Shown here one piece after another: positions 1 through 14,219 of a DNA stretch of 64,000 nt. Below the pieces are notes generated by a model that had not been told where the DNA came from, made no database searches, and worked only from the letters and a program-made list of their open reading frames with translations. The stretch's first letter is position 1, and each line of letters opens with the position of its first letter. This DNA comes from Azolla caroliniana (Eukaryota; Plantae; Polypodiophyta), in NCBI GenBank assembly GCA_043228905.1, contig JBHGNT010000001.1, forward strand, positions 2,852,001 through 2,916,000. Direction: 5' to 3'. A program made the position numbers and the translations under genes.

Positions 1-2558
1 CATCGTTATTCCTTTTATTACCTTCCACGTGATAACCAAGTGCATCAGATACTTGTCTTTGATGAATTGGTCCTAGTAATAGAATTTGTTAGCGTAATTA
101 ACTTGACTCAAAGCAATCATATATATATTTGCTTAGAATAAAAACGGTTATCATTTCGTATACAAAAGTTAATGTGCATATTGATTGAATGTTAGTAGGT
201 CATGCTATGTCCAATTAGTGTAAAGTAATCTTATTACCATTATCTCTCAAAACATGTTGTTTGTAACCTCGTGGAGAAACCTTTTAGTTATGCGCATCTA
301 TGTATTATGAAGGTTGAGTAGCTCATCCAAGAGGTCGTGATTTCAAATATTATTTTGTGTCAAGTTCCGTACGCAAATGTTATGCCCAAGGTTTCATCTC
401 ATTTTTCAATGTGCTTGAAACTTGATGTGACGTGAAGTTTGAGATTAACATTCTCCATGTAATGTTTGATTAAAAATTCACGATAACAATTACCTTACTA
501 GATAATTAAAAAGAAAGTGTTACCAAATCCATACTTTTCTCCTTGAAATTGGACATATATTTCCATCTCATAACATGTAGTGTGAATTGCTACTTAAATT
601 TCAACTGCTTACAAATTTCTTCATTTAATTCAATCTCGAATGTAAACATTGGAGAATGGTATCATTTGCACTAACTAAAACTTGGTAAAAACATCACTAT
701 TTCTATTCATTGAACAAGTCCTTAAAACACATCCCTCTTAATTTTGATGCTTGTTGACGTTTTCACATAAACTACGAGGATTTCAAACAATATAAATGAA
801 ATGGAACTAAGTTAACACATAGAGGTAATTGTCCCATCCAATTGTCCCAAATTCTTAGAATAATGTTGGACATTTTGAGAATTTGCAAGCGAGGAAAACA
901 ATGGAAGATAAGGATTGTGCATAGACACAAATGCCATATGTCCTTCTAGAAAGCCAACAATGGAATGAACACACTCCTCTTTGTCTAGTCATGTTTTGGC
1001 ATGAGCAAGTTGAAGGGTATGGGCATGACATTGCTCGACCATGGACATGTTCAAGCTTGCTTTCCCCATCCTAGAACCTTGATCAATCCCTCTATACATT
1101 ACTCTATCAATCACAACATGCACTTTCAATTGCAATGTTCATTAGTTAAAGTATTGAACATCGAGAGTGACTTAATCAACTCCAAATCAAAATCCAAGTT
1201 TAAGCCGAAGGACAATAATAAACTCTCTCTCCCTCTCTCTCTAAAGGTTGTGTATCACAATAATACAAAAATCCCTTAGTTTTCCCTCTACAATAACAAG
1301 GATTTTATCACAAATATAAAACCCTACAATGGCAACTCCTTTGAGGAAAAGGTGATTGGGAACCTTAGTTGAAAACATTGCCAATTCAATTTTCTTTTCA
1401 AGACTCCCCCCCCCCCCCCCCCCTTCATCTTCTTCTTCTCTCTCTCTCTCTCTCTCCTCCATGGGATTGGCCCCACACCATAGATCACAATCATATCATG
1501 TGGATGTTAAAAAGATCTCCGCTCCCTCTCTATCACACACACACACACACACACACTCTCTCTCTCTCTCTCTCCCCCTCTCTTTGTGGTTCTTTCAAAG
1601 AGTACAATAATGTATTGTGGGGTTGCATATGGCTCAAGTTAGAGCAAAGTGACACATCAAAACAAAGTTATGTTAAAATTTGAAAGTCTAATAAACGCGT
1701 AGTTTTTAAAAACAATATGTTGGTTCTAAAAGTATTTATCCGCCACAAAGCCTCTGAGATGTTAACTGAAGAGATCAAGGATTAGTAAGAGGCATGAAGC
1801 CAGTAACACCGACACAAGATGTTGGAGTGTGGTGTCTTCAAACCCCACAATTAGTTTTCTTTTTAAAAGGTAAACAAACAAACAAGGTTATTGATTAGTT
1901 TTTTAGTATCGTGAGAACAAGTGGGCTAATGTAATGTAGTTCAAGGAGGTTCAATCGTAAGCGAAATCCAATCGGAAGGGTGGATGTAAAAATGGTTTTG
2001 AGTATTCGAAAGGACCTGGGAAGATTTCAAGAGCTTTTTTAGTGAAAATTAACCTAGAGAGAGAGAGAGATGGGGGGGGGGGGGGGGGGGGGAAGGGGAC
2101 AATGGAAAGGTTGATGGAAAGATTGATTGACTGTTACTCAAAGAAGGCCTTATTGTTATTGTTATTATTATTATTATTATTAGTAGTAGTAGTAGTAGTA
2201 TTGTGGAAGGTGTAGGTAAGAGTAGTGGTAGTGGTAAAAGGGGGGGGGGGCAAAAAGAAGGCCGGCCATATACATAAATAAACAGAAAAGTGGTCTACAG
2301 CTTTATTTAGTTGAGTGTGTGCTTCTGCTTCTTCTTCTTTTCTTTTTTTACCTGTGTTATTTATGGCGTAGTTAGAAGCAGAATGAGCATGTTGTCTCTA
2401 ATTAATTTCGAAGGGAGAGAGAGAGAGGAGGCGAGTAATGAGAAAAGCAGCAGCATTAAATGATACGAGGTCTGCGTGTCTCTCTGCTCCTTCTCCTCCT
2501 CCTCCTCCTCCTCCTCCTCCTGCTACATTCTTCTCCTCCCTTCTCTCTCTAAATTAAT

Positions 2559-2593
<35 letters not shown>

Positions 2594-2855
2594 CTTTTTA
2601 CTTCCTCTCATCTCCATTCCTCCCCATCCGGTCCTTCAGTCTTTTTCTTTTCTTTTCCATTTCCATTTCCATTTCAATCGCTCTTCTCCATATCATCAGA
2701 TTTGGCCTCCAGTTCGTTTCTTTTTTTTTTTGTTGGATTTAATTCACTCTCACATACATACATATTGATATATGTATGTTATGTATATGCTGCCAATTAC
2801 AACAAAACAAATGCATAACTAACAAATAGAAATAATAACAGTATATATATATTTA

Positions 2856-2900
<45 letters not shown>

Positions 2901-3436
2901 GTTTATTAACTAAATACTCAGAACAGAGCACTGCATTTAATTCTCATATTCAACCCCAAATTCTAATTCTAATAATTCTAATAATAATAAAATGTGGAAA
3001 ACCTAGCAAAAATAATTCAAGCAAGAAAGAATAAACAATTCAAAGGTTCAAAAATAGATTATATATAATAACGAATAATGAAGAAATTAATGAGAAAAAA
3101 ATAGATATATACTACACATACATACAAATAAATAAATAAATTATATATATATATATATAGTAAATTGGGAGCAGTAATTTGGTCCCCTTTTCCTTCCTTT
3201 TCTTTTCCCCATTCGCTCAGAAAATCTTTCCTCTGCGGCGGTCTTCTTCAGATTTCTTCTTCTTCCTCCTCTCATCCCCACCCCCCTTTTTCTCACAAAC
3301 ACTCAAAAAAAAGGGAGAAACAGAGCATGCTCTGTTCCTCCTCCTCCTCCTCGAGAAACTAATACAGAAGAAGCAGGGAGGAGAGAGAAAGAGAAGTGGT
3401 CTGTTCCTGTGAGAAGGAAGGATAGAGACAGCGGTG

Positions 3437-5431
3437 ATGATGGCGGCTGCATCGCCACCGAAACCTATAGATTGGGGATGGTCTTCCAAACCCACTACTA
3501 ATAATTCCTCTGTCCCCTCCCCCAACCACAATATCAACATCAATCTATCGCAAAATTATAGCGATGCCTCCAATATGGCAGCATCTCCTCCAATTACAGA
3601 GCTTCAATTCCTACCTCCTGCAGCAGGAGCCCCACCACATCCTTCCTCCTCCAAAATCCAGACTATCATCGGTGGCCACGAATCATCGTCCTTCCCACCA
3701 CGGCCCACATGGAACATCGATCCCTCTCGCCTCAAGCAACTCATGATGGGAAACATAACCACTAACTCCTACCCCTCCTCCAATGGTTATGCTTCTTTAC
3801 CTCATTCCTTCTCGCCCGCCGATGGTCACCAGGATTTGGTTCCGCACGGCCGCGACAACAATTCGGGTGTTTCGCAGCAACACCACGACTCGGGGGCCAG
3901 CTCTAGTTTCTTCGATATTCCTGGATCAACCGACAACAATAAGCCATTGCCATCTGGTTGGGAAAGATGCTTGGACCTTAAGGTATAACCATACATGTAT
4001 ACTCATCTGTTTTTTTTTTCCCCCCTTTTGCTTTGCTTTCTGTATCAGAATCTATGTTCTGATCTCTCAGTGCTTTCGTTTGTGCCTTATATTATATTGT
4101 ATATGTATACATAAGTAGCCATTAACTGTGTTGGATGAAAGCCCTTGATTCCTGCTGTTGTTATTCTCACTGTAGTGTGATTGAATCGTTCTGTTATGGC
4201 CTCTGTGGTTTTGTGTTTGTTTTGTGTGATAGGGCATGATCTTGTGTAATGCCCTTGCTTTTTTTTCTTTCCCTCTGCTCTGCATATGTATTTAAAAGGG
4301 CATCTTCTTGCGTGTTGCATATGTATGGTGATGATGCATCCTTTGTTTTTAATGTGATTTTGGGGTTTTAACTTCTCTTCACTGTGACTGGTCATGTATG
4401 AGAGGCATCTTCTTGCATTTCATGTGCTTGGATGCCATTGCTCCTTGTGGATTTCAGCACTGCAGTGAACATGAACTGTTTTGAATGGTGTATCCATACT
4501 GTTGGATTTCTTTGCATCAGAGATATGTTTCTTCTGATATGTAATAAGGGCATTTTGATCTGATATGTTTCTTCTCCTCTCTTTTTTATTGCATTAAGTT
4601 AATTCTTTGCATTTTTGTCTTTGCCTTTTGTCTCCATGTAATGAGGCATATTTTGGTGTGAGCTGTTATTACCCTTGTATAATTCCACTTTGTATTTGTT
4701 AGCAGTCTGGTAACATATACATCAAGAAGTGTGATGCTACATCGAATGCGAGAAGGGTTAACAAACAATCTCAATACACACATCATCACGCTCTAAAGGA
4801 CCGCAACAGAGTAAGAAGAGAATCCTCCTCACAAATGAATAATGGGCTAAAGCAAGATTGGTCTCAAGGATGGTATCAAGGAAATACAACCTTTCGACAT
4901 GAACATAATCATGATGGTAGGATGAGTTTTTTTGAATCCGATAGAGAAATGGCTAGGTCTCCAGACAGAGAATCGCTATCTCTTGATTTGGATCTAAGGT
5001 TAACAAATGAGAAAAGGACCCGAGTTTTGTCAGAGTCAATGCCAACAAATTCTCGAACCGTGAAGTATGGTGTATGTTCCCCTCAAAGGAATTACAACGG
5101 TGTATATTCTCCTCAAAGCACAATCCAAGAGTGGAAATGGAGGAAACTCGAGAATAGTGTTATAAGTGCCAATAAACCCACCAGCAACATTCAAGAAATG
5201 GTCTGTGGATCCACTATGACCACGGCTATTTGTTCTCGATGCCTCATGTATGTGTTGATGAAAAAGAGTAACCCAACTTGCCCTAGGTGCTCGAATCCGG
5301 TTATATTGGATTGTAATAGCAATGGTGCAGGAAATGTAGTGTCACTTCTTTCCCCTATAAGTAAGAAGAGACCTCCTAGCCTCGAACTCTCTCCTGATGA
5401 TCTCTCACTTTCTACCGATTCTTCTCGATAA
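3437..5431 (+). CDS. CFL1-like: CURLY FLAG LEAF 1-like WW-domain / C-terminal zinc-ribbon protein, 2 exons
   Basis: Exons 3437-3982 and 4706-5431 (GT at 3983, CAG at 4703-4705, phase 0; in frame with ORF 4835-5431). The join gives WW-like PLPSGWERCLDLK|SGNIYIK, EAR-like LSLDLDLRL and C-terminal CSRCLMYVLMKKSNPTCPRC typical of the CFL1/GIR family. Confidence 0.85.
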
Positions 5432-7304
5432 TCAAACCTTTGATGCCATTCTTTTTGACTTGATCTTTTCTTTTGCTAATGGATTTGGTGCGATCTGCCA
5501 ATAATCAGGATAAGAAGAACTGGTGTTGAATCTGTGAACAATCTCTGGGAAGAAGTAAATGCACAATATAATGCGGTCACCTCGATTATGCAAGAGGATG
5601 ATCATTTATGTTGATGACCCTTTGTGTCTCAATTATTGGGGAAGGATTATGCCCTAAGTTTTCCTAGTCTACTCTAGAGACATATGTATGAGAGGAAAAC
5701 ATTTACTCAAGAGCCGATAGTTGGATTACTCACATCAATTATACTTATGAAAATTTTTACTGGTTCTATTGGATTGTGGGCTTGTTGCAAGTGTAAAGTT
5801 TTCTTTAATGAATTTACCCTGTGTATCAACATCATGTCATATTGTATCATTTGAAAACTTCTCTCGCATACTTCCTCTCTTTCCCTTTTTGGAATCAATT
5901 GTGGCTGAGACATAAATGTCCCATGAATTATTAATTGCAAGATAAGAATGTGGAGATTTCATAGATTCAGGTCAAAAAGCTCTCTTTTCATGGTGATGTT
6001 AGGGTTTGTTGTTCATCCTTCAAGGAAGTTTTGAATTTGTGCCGTAAAAGTGTGAGCTTTGTATTTGTACTAAAACACACCCACACAACTTTATCACCAG
6101 ATCATATACCAATCACTAGGCTTACAAGTTGGTGGGGTTTTTTTATTTCCTTCCACATCATGGTCTGTGGTATCAGCTTTTTTGTTCTCTCTACTTTTTC
6201 TTATGACCAATGATGAAACAAGTAGTGCTACAAGTCAGGGGATAAGTTGCTCTTCCTTTTTGTCCTCTTTCAAGAGAGCCATGCTAGCCGTGTAGTGACT
6301 TTGTCTCCAAGGCATCTTTTCACTTGTCCTACATGCATGTATGGATGTCTCATTAATAAATATAGCATGTATATGGAGGTAGTGGATTTGTATGTCTGCA
6401 TGTACCATTAATGAATTATATGTATTGTGCTTGTAGGATGGATTGATGATGCAAGTGTCTTATGTATCTTTCCTTAATGAATGATATGTATGTGTATCTA
6501 TGCTTGTTTTGATGTATGTTTTATATTATGTATATATATAATTGACTCCAATGTATGTATAAAAAGCCAAGTGGAGTGAGGTTGGGTTGTCATCAATTAT
6601 GCTATACAAACTGAAAAAATTGTCCGTTTTAAAAGAAAAGGGAACGGTTTCAAACTGATTAAAAAGCTAAAATAAGGAAAGGAAAGAGTGGGGGGAGAGA
6701 AAAAGCAGGGGCTAGAAAATAAGTACAAAAAACAAAATGGAACAGAAAAACTGTTCTCTTCCAAATTTGGATGGGATCATGCATAAAATACACACAACAT
6801 TCCATACACAAAGGGATAAACAATTCATGGATGCCTACTACATACATACATACTTTGAATACAAGCCTGCATGCATGCATACATACATACATACATACAT
6901 ACATAGGAGGCATGATGTCACATATACATAGACATACGTGCAAAGCATATATGTACATAGTAGAGATATGTGGCAATACATACATACATATAGACATCAT
7001 CCGTTTAGGGATGCGACCATGTCATACAGAGACATGCATATAGAGATGTGGGTATGTCATACATACATAGATAGATAGGCATACAGGCATACATGGATGG
7101 GTGATGATGATATGGGGGGGGGGGGGGGGGGGGGCATGGCAGGTAGGCATGCATACCGAGCCACGGATGGAATGATGGGTAAAAAGGGGGGCGTTGGGAT
7201 GGAGGGTGATGTCGGTGATGGTGATGGGTGATGGAAGGAGAGTCACGTGATAGCAGTGAGCAAGTCGTACTCTCTCTCACGCGTGCTTTTGTGATGTCAT
7301 TGTC

Positions 7305-7335
<31 letters not shown>

Positions 7336-9991
7336 CATACATATCCATACATACATACATACATACATACATACATACATAGAAACACTGAGTGTGTGGT
7401 TATGATGTTATCCTTTTCTGTCTCATCAAAGTCACATGCATGCCACGCCATGCCAGCTCTAGCTTTAGCTACTCATTAGTTTACCTTACCCTAATTTACA
7501 TGGCATCACACACACAAACGTTTAACCTACTTTACTATGTGCTTCTAATCTTCATTTTCCCACTACATGCATCTCTCCCCGGAAGAACCATTACAATCGT
7601 GTTGGCTACCATTCCTATCAAGCCTTATCTATGACTTGTTGAGGATATTTTCATTGTCACTTTATCGAGGGATATGTGTGTGGTCCTCCTACTCTCACCA
7701 ATGTATGGTTCCACCATCTTCACAATATGAGCCTCTCGCCTTGTCGTGTTATTGCATGAGTACCTTCGATGTTTAGTTATGCATTCGATCACAGGTAAAT
7801 CTGTTTTAGTGTCACCTACAATTATGTACGTAGTCCATTCAATTCAATCATCCCATCTCAACACAACACAAAACAAAGGCAATATACTTGTACACATACG
7901 TTTGAGTTTTTCTAACATGAGTATCAATTTGTAACATTGAACACCATTTTTGTGATGAGCATCGTAGTGAAATCTAGAAATTTGATTTTTTATTCAACCT
8001 CAATATAATAAAAATTGCCAAATTGGTTTATTTATGACATATTAGATAGCGACTTTCATATGATATTAGATGAAAACCAAAATTTGATGCTTTGCCTCTT
8101 ATTCGCAAATATAACAACTAACTATCTATGTATGAGAGTGATATGGTATGATGTTTTTTACTCTCTAGTGGGGGGAAAGATTTACTCATGAAACTAAAAT
8201 ACATTAGTTAAGGGATTCTCTTGTCCCAATAAAGGTATGGGAACCTAGGCTATGGCCTATGGGTTAAGTTGCTTACATTGCTCTTGTCAGTCTTGTAGTG
8301 AGAGCAAAAGAGATCGAGAGACTATATGTGGGAGGATTATTTAGCAATAAAACTTTTTAAGGATTGTAAATATCACGTGACATTGTTTAAAATATGAGCA
8401 ACATCTCACAATAAAACCTACTTTATTTTTGCTAGTTCGAACACTTTACATATTCATTTTTAGAGGGAATATGAGAGAACGTCTCTCTTTGATCAGAGTG
8501 CTGAAACAAATGCTATGGAAACAACATAGTGAACCTACGAACAAAATTATAAATAAATGGGAAACTTTGTCTAAAATGGAGGCATTGGTGTACACATCAA
8601 TCTCCTCGTACGTGTATGTTTTTATCAATTGTTGATGAGGGAAATGGCAAAAAGTGAAGCCAAAACACGGTGTGTCATGTACGTGTACATCTTCGACAAT
8701 GTAACTCGACAAATAAACCATAAACTCTAGCATTGCACGCTTAGAGCTAGGGTTGGTAATAAGTCAAAAAATTGATGTCTTAACCATCTGGTTTGTAACA
8801 CTAGGTTGGTAGCATGTTAGGAAATTGATGGGTTAAGCAATCGTCTTGTTGTGGAAAGTAATTGAAACAAATGACCACTCGTGTGGGAGAGGATCACACA
8901 ATTTCTAGTTACCTTAATAAGGCATTGCTAGCATTTTCCCATGTAATTACTATACATTATCATAGTTGTACACATAGTTATAACTTATAAGCAGAAAAAT
9001 CTAAATTTATGTTGATCCAAAAGGTACATACTTAAAATTATGCTGACTTAAAAACTATGGCCTTTTTAGTAAGGATTACACTTTTTTTAGAATACTTAAA
9101 TTGTCTCTCAAATAAAGGTAGTATGTAAATAACATAACATTAGCAACAATATATTAATTATTTATAGTATTCATGTGAGGAATCAAAATTGATTGCTACT
9201 TTAACAAATATTTTTAATGTAAATTTGAAGGAAGATACTGCTAATATAGGAACATAACCACCACTAGTAAGACTCTTAGCTTCTTTAAAATGTTAATGAC
9301 AAAAAGTGAAGGCGACATTTATAAGGGAGCCTAATCTGAAATCAATGATATTTATACATTATTTATTTTATAGTCCATCTTTGCAATTGGCTAGACAATG
9401 TTGTTACTCGTTTGACAAAGAAAACCCTCGTATGGCAATAAATACCAATGAAAAATAATGATTTGTTATCTATATTCATCAACGGATAGAGCGATCACGT
9501 AAGCGCATGGTAATCTTGACTACAAAACAAAAAGTGCCCATGTGCTCCCAATTTTTTAAAGGCTTATGTTGGCTTAAAACTTTCCCTTCTCTTAAAGAAG
9601 GGAATAATCAAGAAGGTCAAACCAACCATCTTTTAGCTACTTGCTTATTATTGTATTGTAAAGATGAGCTAGGACCACTAACAAGGTTAAGCATTGTAGG
9701 ATGCCAAATGATGTGTGACGAACCCACTTATGCATGCACATAAATACATTATGCCAACAATTTTATCATAATGACATTAAACTCATTCAAATACTTTATC
9801 ACGAGCCTTTGTCCTATGCAAAGGCTTTGCGAAACTGACAATCTTGTTTCGAAATATAGCAAAAACGTTTCACTATGTGGATAAAAAAGCAAGCCAAATA
9901 AGATATTTTCTTGGAGATAAGGAAGAGGATTTGGGTCACAACAATATAGTCAAATATAGCTATAGAAACCCCCCTCTCCCATACAATAATG

Positions 9992-10030
<39 letters not shown>

Positions 10031-11429
10031 ACACACATAACTTGCCCAATATGCTCCACTTTAGGAATAAAGAACAATTTGTCAATATTATAAAATAACC
10101 AAGTGGGCCAAGTGAACTCTAGCATAACCTCCCTAAACTTATCCTTGTGCTCTATCTATACCTATATGCTCCAAAAATGAGGAAGAATACAAGGGAAAAC
10201 AAAACAAGAAGAAAATCCTAGTTTATGTCATTGTAATCATCAGGTAACTACTATGATCCATTTGAGATAACATCTCCATTTCAGAGAATAATTGAGGTCT
10301 TGAGATTGTTGGAATCCTTAAATATCGAGGGCTGTTAGAGAGTTATGTGAGCAATGCATATTTGTACATCCCAAAATGACGATGTTGTATATATTGGGTT
10401 TTATGTGTTTTGATTTGTTGATAATAATTGCTCATTTTAATATGGTTCTTTAAAGTACCTTGTAACTTCATATCACCGCTTTCATTTCAAGATTACGACA
10501 TGCTCAATATTAGTAAAACAAATCCTTGAACAAAAGTTGATTTATATGCAAACACACAAGATTTGTTATAATTGATCCATGGTTGTAACAATCATGACTA
10601 TCTATGCACTTGGTTATAACAATCATGAATGTCCATGTTCACTTCAAGTGACTTTGAAGCCTTCATTTCTTACTTGCTACACCGTTAGCACTTTCAACGA
10701 TTTTTTCAACCCCTGGCTCGTTTGCTACTTCTTATAGTGTAGCAATAATACAAATGCTATAATTACCCCATTGTAAAACAATAGAGAACTTCCTTATTCA
10801 ACTAGTCTTCAACGTAAAGATTGGAAATTGATGTTTTGGATGATGTGAGATATTGTACATTAGCCTAAAAGTTGGACACTTTACATGAAAGAAAAGTCAT
10901 CGCGTAATCCATTCAATTTTTGAAAGGTAAAATATTTTGAAAGTGTTGATGGCAACGGGTGAATATGACATCATCTACAAGGACAGCAAAATTTAAAGCT
11001 CAATGAGAGAAATCGAAATATGTTACACTTGAATTGGTTAGAATGTCAACAAGAATTTTGTACATGTAACAGATGGAAGGATAGACAATGTAATATTGCT
11101 AAATTATAAACTCAATAAAAGGAACATAATAAAGGAAACCCCTTAAAATGTTTCATAACTAACATATCTCAAAGTTTGGAGCCATTGGGAAGATAAATAA
11201 CCAACATCTAAAAGTTTGCAAGAAAATATAATGGAGAATATAGATTCAAAAACATTCTTCAATATCATTGTTAGCGAAATAGCTATTGGGCCACTTGCCT
11301 CAAGCTACACGATGAACAGGAAGACGACGTCTTTTATACGTTTGTGAAAGAAATTGGACAATTGTTTGTAAATATGAATAGTGAGTGTTGTATGTGTCTC
11401 AAAATAAAACTGACCAAAAAACATTATGA

Positions 11430-11600
11430 TACTACACTTACTTTTAGACATGAACTTACAAAAAAAAACAAATTTCAAATGGCTATGGGCATCCTTTATG
11501 TTAATGGGTGAATCCCACTTTTCACGTCGATTTCTTCAATGTAGTTGTTCACAATTGTGGAAGCGAAGTTTTGAATGGGTATGCATGATTCTCATTCCTA
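11430..11600 (+). mobile_element. Possible degenerate LINE ORF2 C-terminal (zf-RVT-like) relic
   Basis: Translation NFKWLW...ESHFSRRFLQCSCSQLWK loosely resembles the FxWL...ETxxHLFFxCxxAxxLW pattern; very degenerate. Confidence 0.25.
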
Positions 11601-12650
11601 AGAGCTGCATTAGAACAAAAATATGCCGATATGTATACATACATTAGTAAATGGCATTTAAGCATTTTTTAGGTTTGGGTTAAGGTTTAAATCTCATTTC
11701 CCTATCACCTCTAGACATCATGGACTTCCATTTTGTTGAGTTGTATATGTAACTTCCATGTCATAAGTGATGATAGATTGAAAATGTCTCAATATAACTT
11801 GACTAGACTAACCTCAAAAGGTATTTTTTGGAACTTTACATTCATGTACATCACTTTAATAAATGAATTACAAAATTAGTTCGTTGTACAAAACTCGATC
11901 AACTAGAAAAATCACTTTTCTAAAGAGCATTACACATACCTCTCTTACTAATTATGTAAAACCCATATTCACGATATAAACGAAATGATGCTATCAATTT
12001 TGCGCTCATGAGTTAGGACCATTTATGCAAGCATATACTTTAGTACACAAGTTGTACACCAAATCATTCAGTTACGAAATTCGAAACTCTAAAGTAATGA
12101 TTTGCTTAAGCATGCATTCTTTATAGACAATGATTCTTTCTAGAGAGTTGGTTAATCAGTTTTACTAGGGAGTCTGAACATTCCTCGAATGGTAGAATAT
12201 TACAATGTCATGATGACAAATTTTTATTCTTGCCATGCGACATTCTACACCATCAAAACTTATGGAATGGCCTTTCCAAAGGAAGATGATAATCATTCAT
12301 GATTGTTTCCCAATTCATCATTGTTTTCCAATGCTAAGTATATAATATAAAATACATATATTTCTTGCATCAATATCCATGTCATCATTTCAACATATTC
12401 ATTTGATGTGTTTCCTCAATGACACATTCCAATCCCATGGCCATGCAGATCCCTTTTTCCAAAGGAAACCACTAAATTTAATGTGGTAAATCATAATGTT
12501 AAAGTGTTGGAGACTTTAGACAACCCTAAAATTAATGCTTATAGATTCACGAGTTACCATATCGGAGTTCTAAACAAGTTTAGTAATATATGTATGATGT
12601 TATACCAATAATGCTTGTGCTTTGCAAGGTATAATTGTTCAGTGCACCCT

Positions 12651-12836
12651 TGATAATGAAGTTGGTCATTGCCACCTTTGGGTTATAAATCAATTTATTA
12701 TAGAGTTGTGGGTGATAATGAAGTTGGTCATTGCCACCTTTGGGTTATAAATCAATTTATTATAGAGTTGTGGGTGATAATGAAGTTGGTCATTGCCACC
12801 TTTGGGTTATAAATCAATTTATTATAGAGTTGTGGG
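12651..12836. repeat. Perfect tandem triplication of a 62-bp unit
   Basis: TGATAATGAAGTTGGTCATTGCCACCTTTGGGTTATAAATCAATTTATTATAGAGTTGTGGG starts at 12651, 12713 and 12775 with no spacers. Confidence 0.97.
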
Positions 12837-14219
12837 TTTGACGTTGTAGTTATTTTTTAAATATTCCCACAATTTCTTCTTTCATTTTAACTTGGTTATG
12901 AAGACATGACGATGCCTTCAAAACACAAATTTCAAATTTTCTGTCATTTATTCCTCTCCTTTTCCTTAGGCTTAGGTTCTCCCCTTTTAGTGCCATTCTT
13001 TAGACGAGAGGATTATTTTTGCTCCCAAATTTAAAGTGCAACCACTATTCGAGATATCTAAAAAACATGACATATGTGATTTTCAACTAAATATTTGCTA
13101 GAATCATGGAATGGTATAATTGGTACAAATTCATATGTTTCGAGCATTAATGGGGATGTGCCCCTATTTGTTCTCGTATGATCGAGTGCTGCCAATGCTT
13201 GCAAAAAATTCTTCATCATTAATCATATGGGAGATTTTGGCGTAAACTAGATCATAGAGCCAATTAATGTTCCCAATCATTGTCTTGTGTACAAGAGTGC
13301 AATCTTGACTACTAGGGTGGTGGAGGCAAGTAACAATGTCGACCTTCTAAAGATTCATGATGGATATCTAAAGCCATAATCAATTATTTGGAACAATATT
13401 GATGTGCAATCAAAGGCAATAAATGTTGGGTCCTTTTAAAGTTATGTTTAAGAGAGTAATGAACTTGTTACTAAGTTAATACATTAACCACATGATTACA
13501 TCTACCCTACATTTTCAAGAGTGTAGTGGGTGCTTAAGTGTATCAAGTTCAGATATGTATAGGATTGTAATTTGTGATATAGGCTTGAGCTTCGATAATT
13601 CAAATTTAGGATAATTGTAAGAATTCTACCACTATGGCACTTCTCAAGAGTAAATTGTAAGTTGACATTAACATCAAATTTGTATTCACCTCAACAAATG
13701 AAATCCTATTGTCTCTTCAATGCTAGAGTCTGCAACATAAGATTATAGATATCATATGACTTACCAATGTGTTCGTTATTAACACCAATAGTCAATGGTA
13801 GGTTTATTCGGAGCTCAAGTTTAGATTTGCATGACAAAATGAAATTAGTTTACCTCATTGATAATAATCACCACATGATTACACAGCTGTCCACATCAAT
13901 TTGAAGTCCATTAATTACTATGGCCATGCATTTCCCCAACTGCCAGAAAGCATTTTGAAGTTATGACGAGTCACATTCTACTACCATTTCAGCATGTACT
14001 ACATGAAACAATCTCTAATAAATTTTCATTTTTGATAGTTTGCGCTATATCACTCAGTCATTTAGTTTCATTTTCTTCATCTTTTTACAAGTATAAATTT
14101 GGTCAGCGATGCCAAAAAACACCTTTCTTTCATTGCCACAATTGAAATAAAATTGGTATCAGCAGAATGCTATCTTGAGAACATCTTTTACAGGACCATG
14201 CTATACTCTTTTTACAAAA

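Noticed and set aside
2385-2575. miRNA-like hairpin upstream of CFL1-like
   Set aside because: Pairing is mainly GA versus CT microsatellite; no known mature miRNA recognised.
12651-12836. CRISPR-like array
   Set aside because: Head-to-tail identical units with no unique spacers; eukaryotic context; no cas genes.
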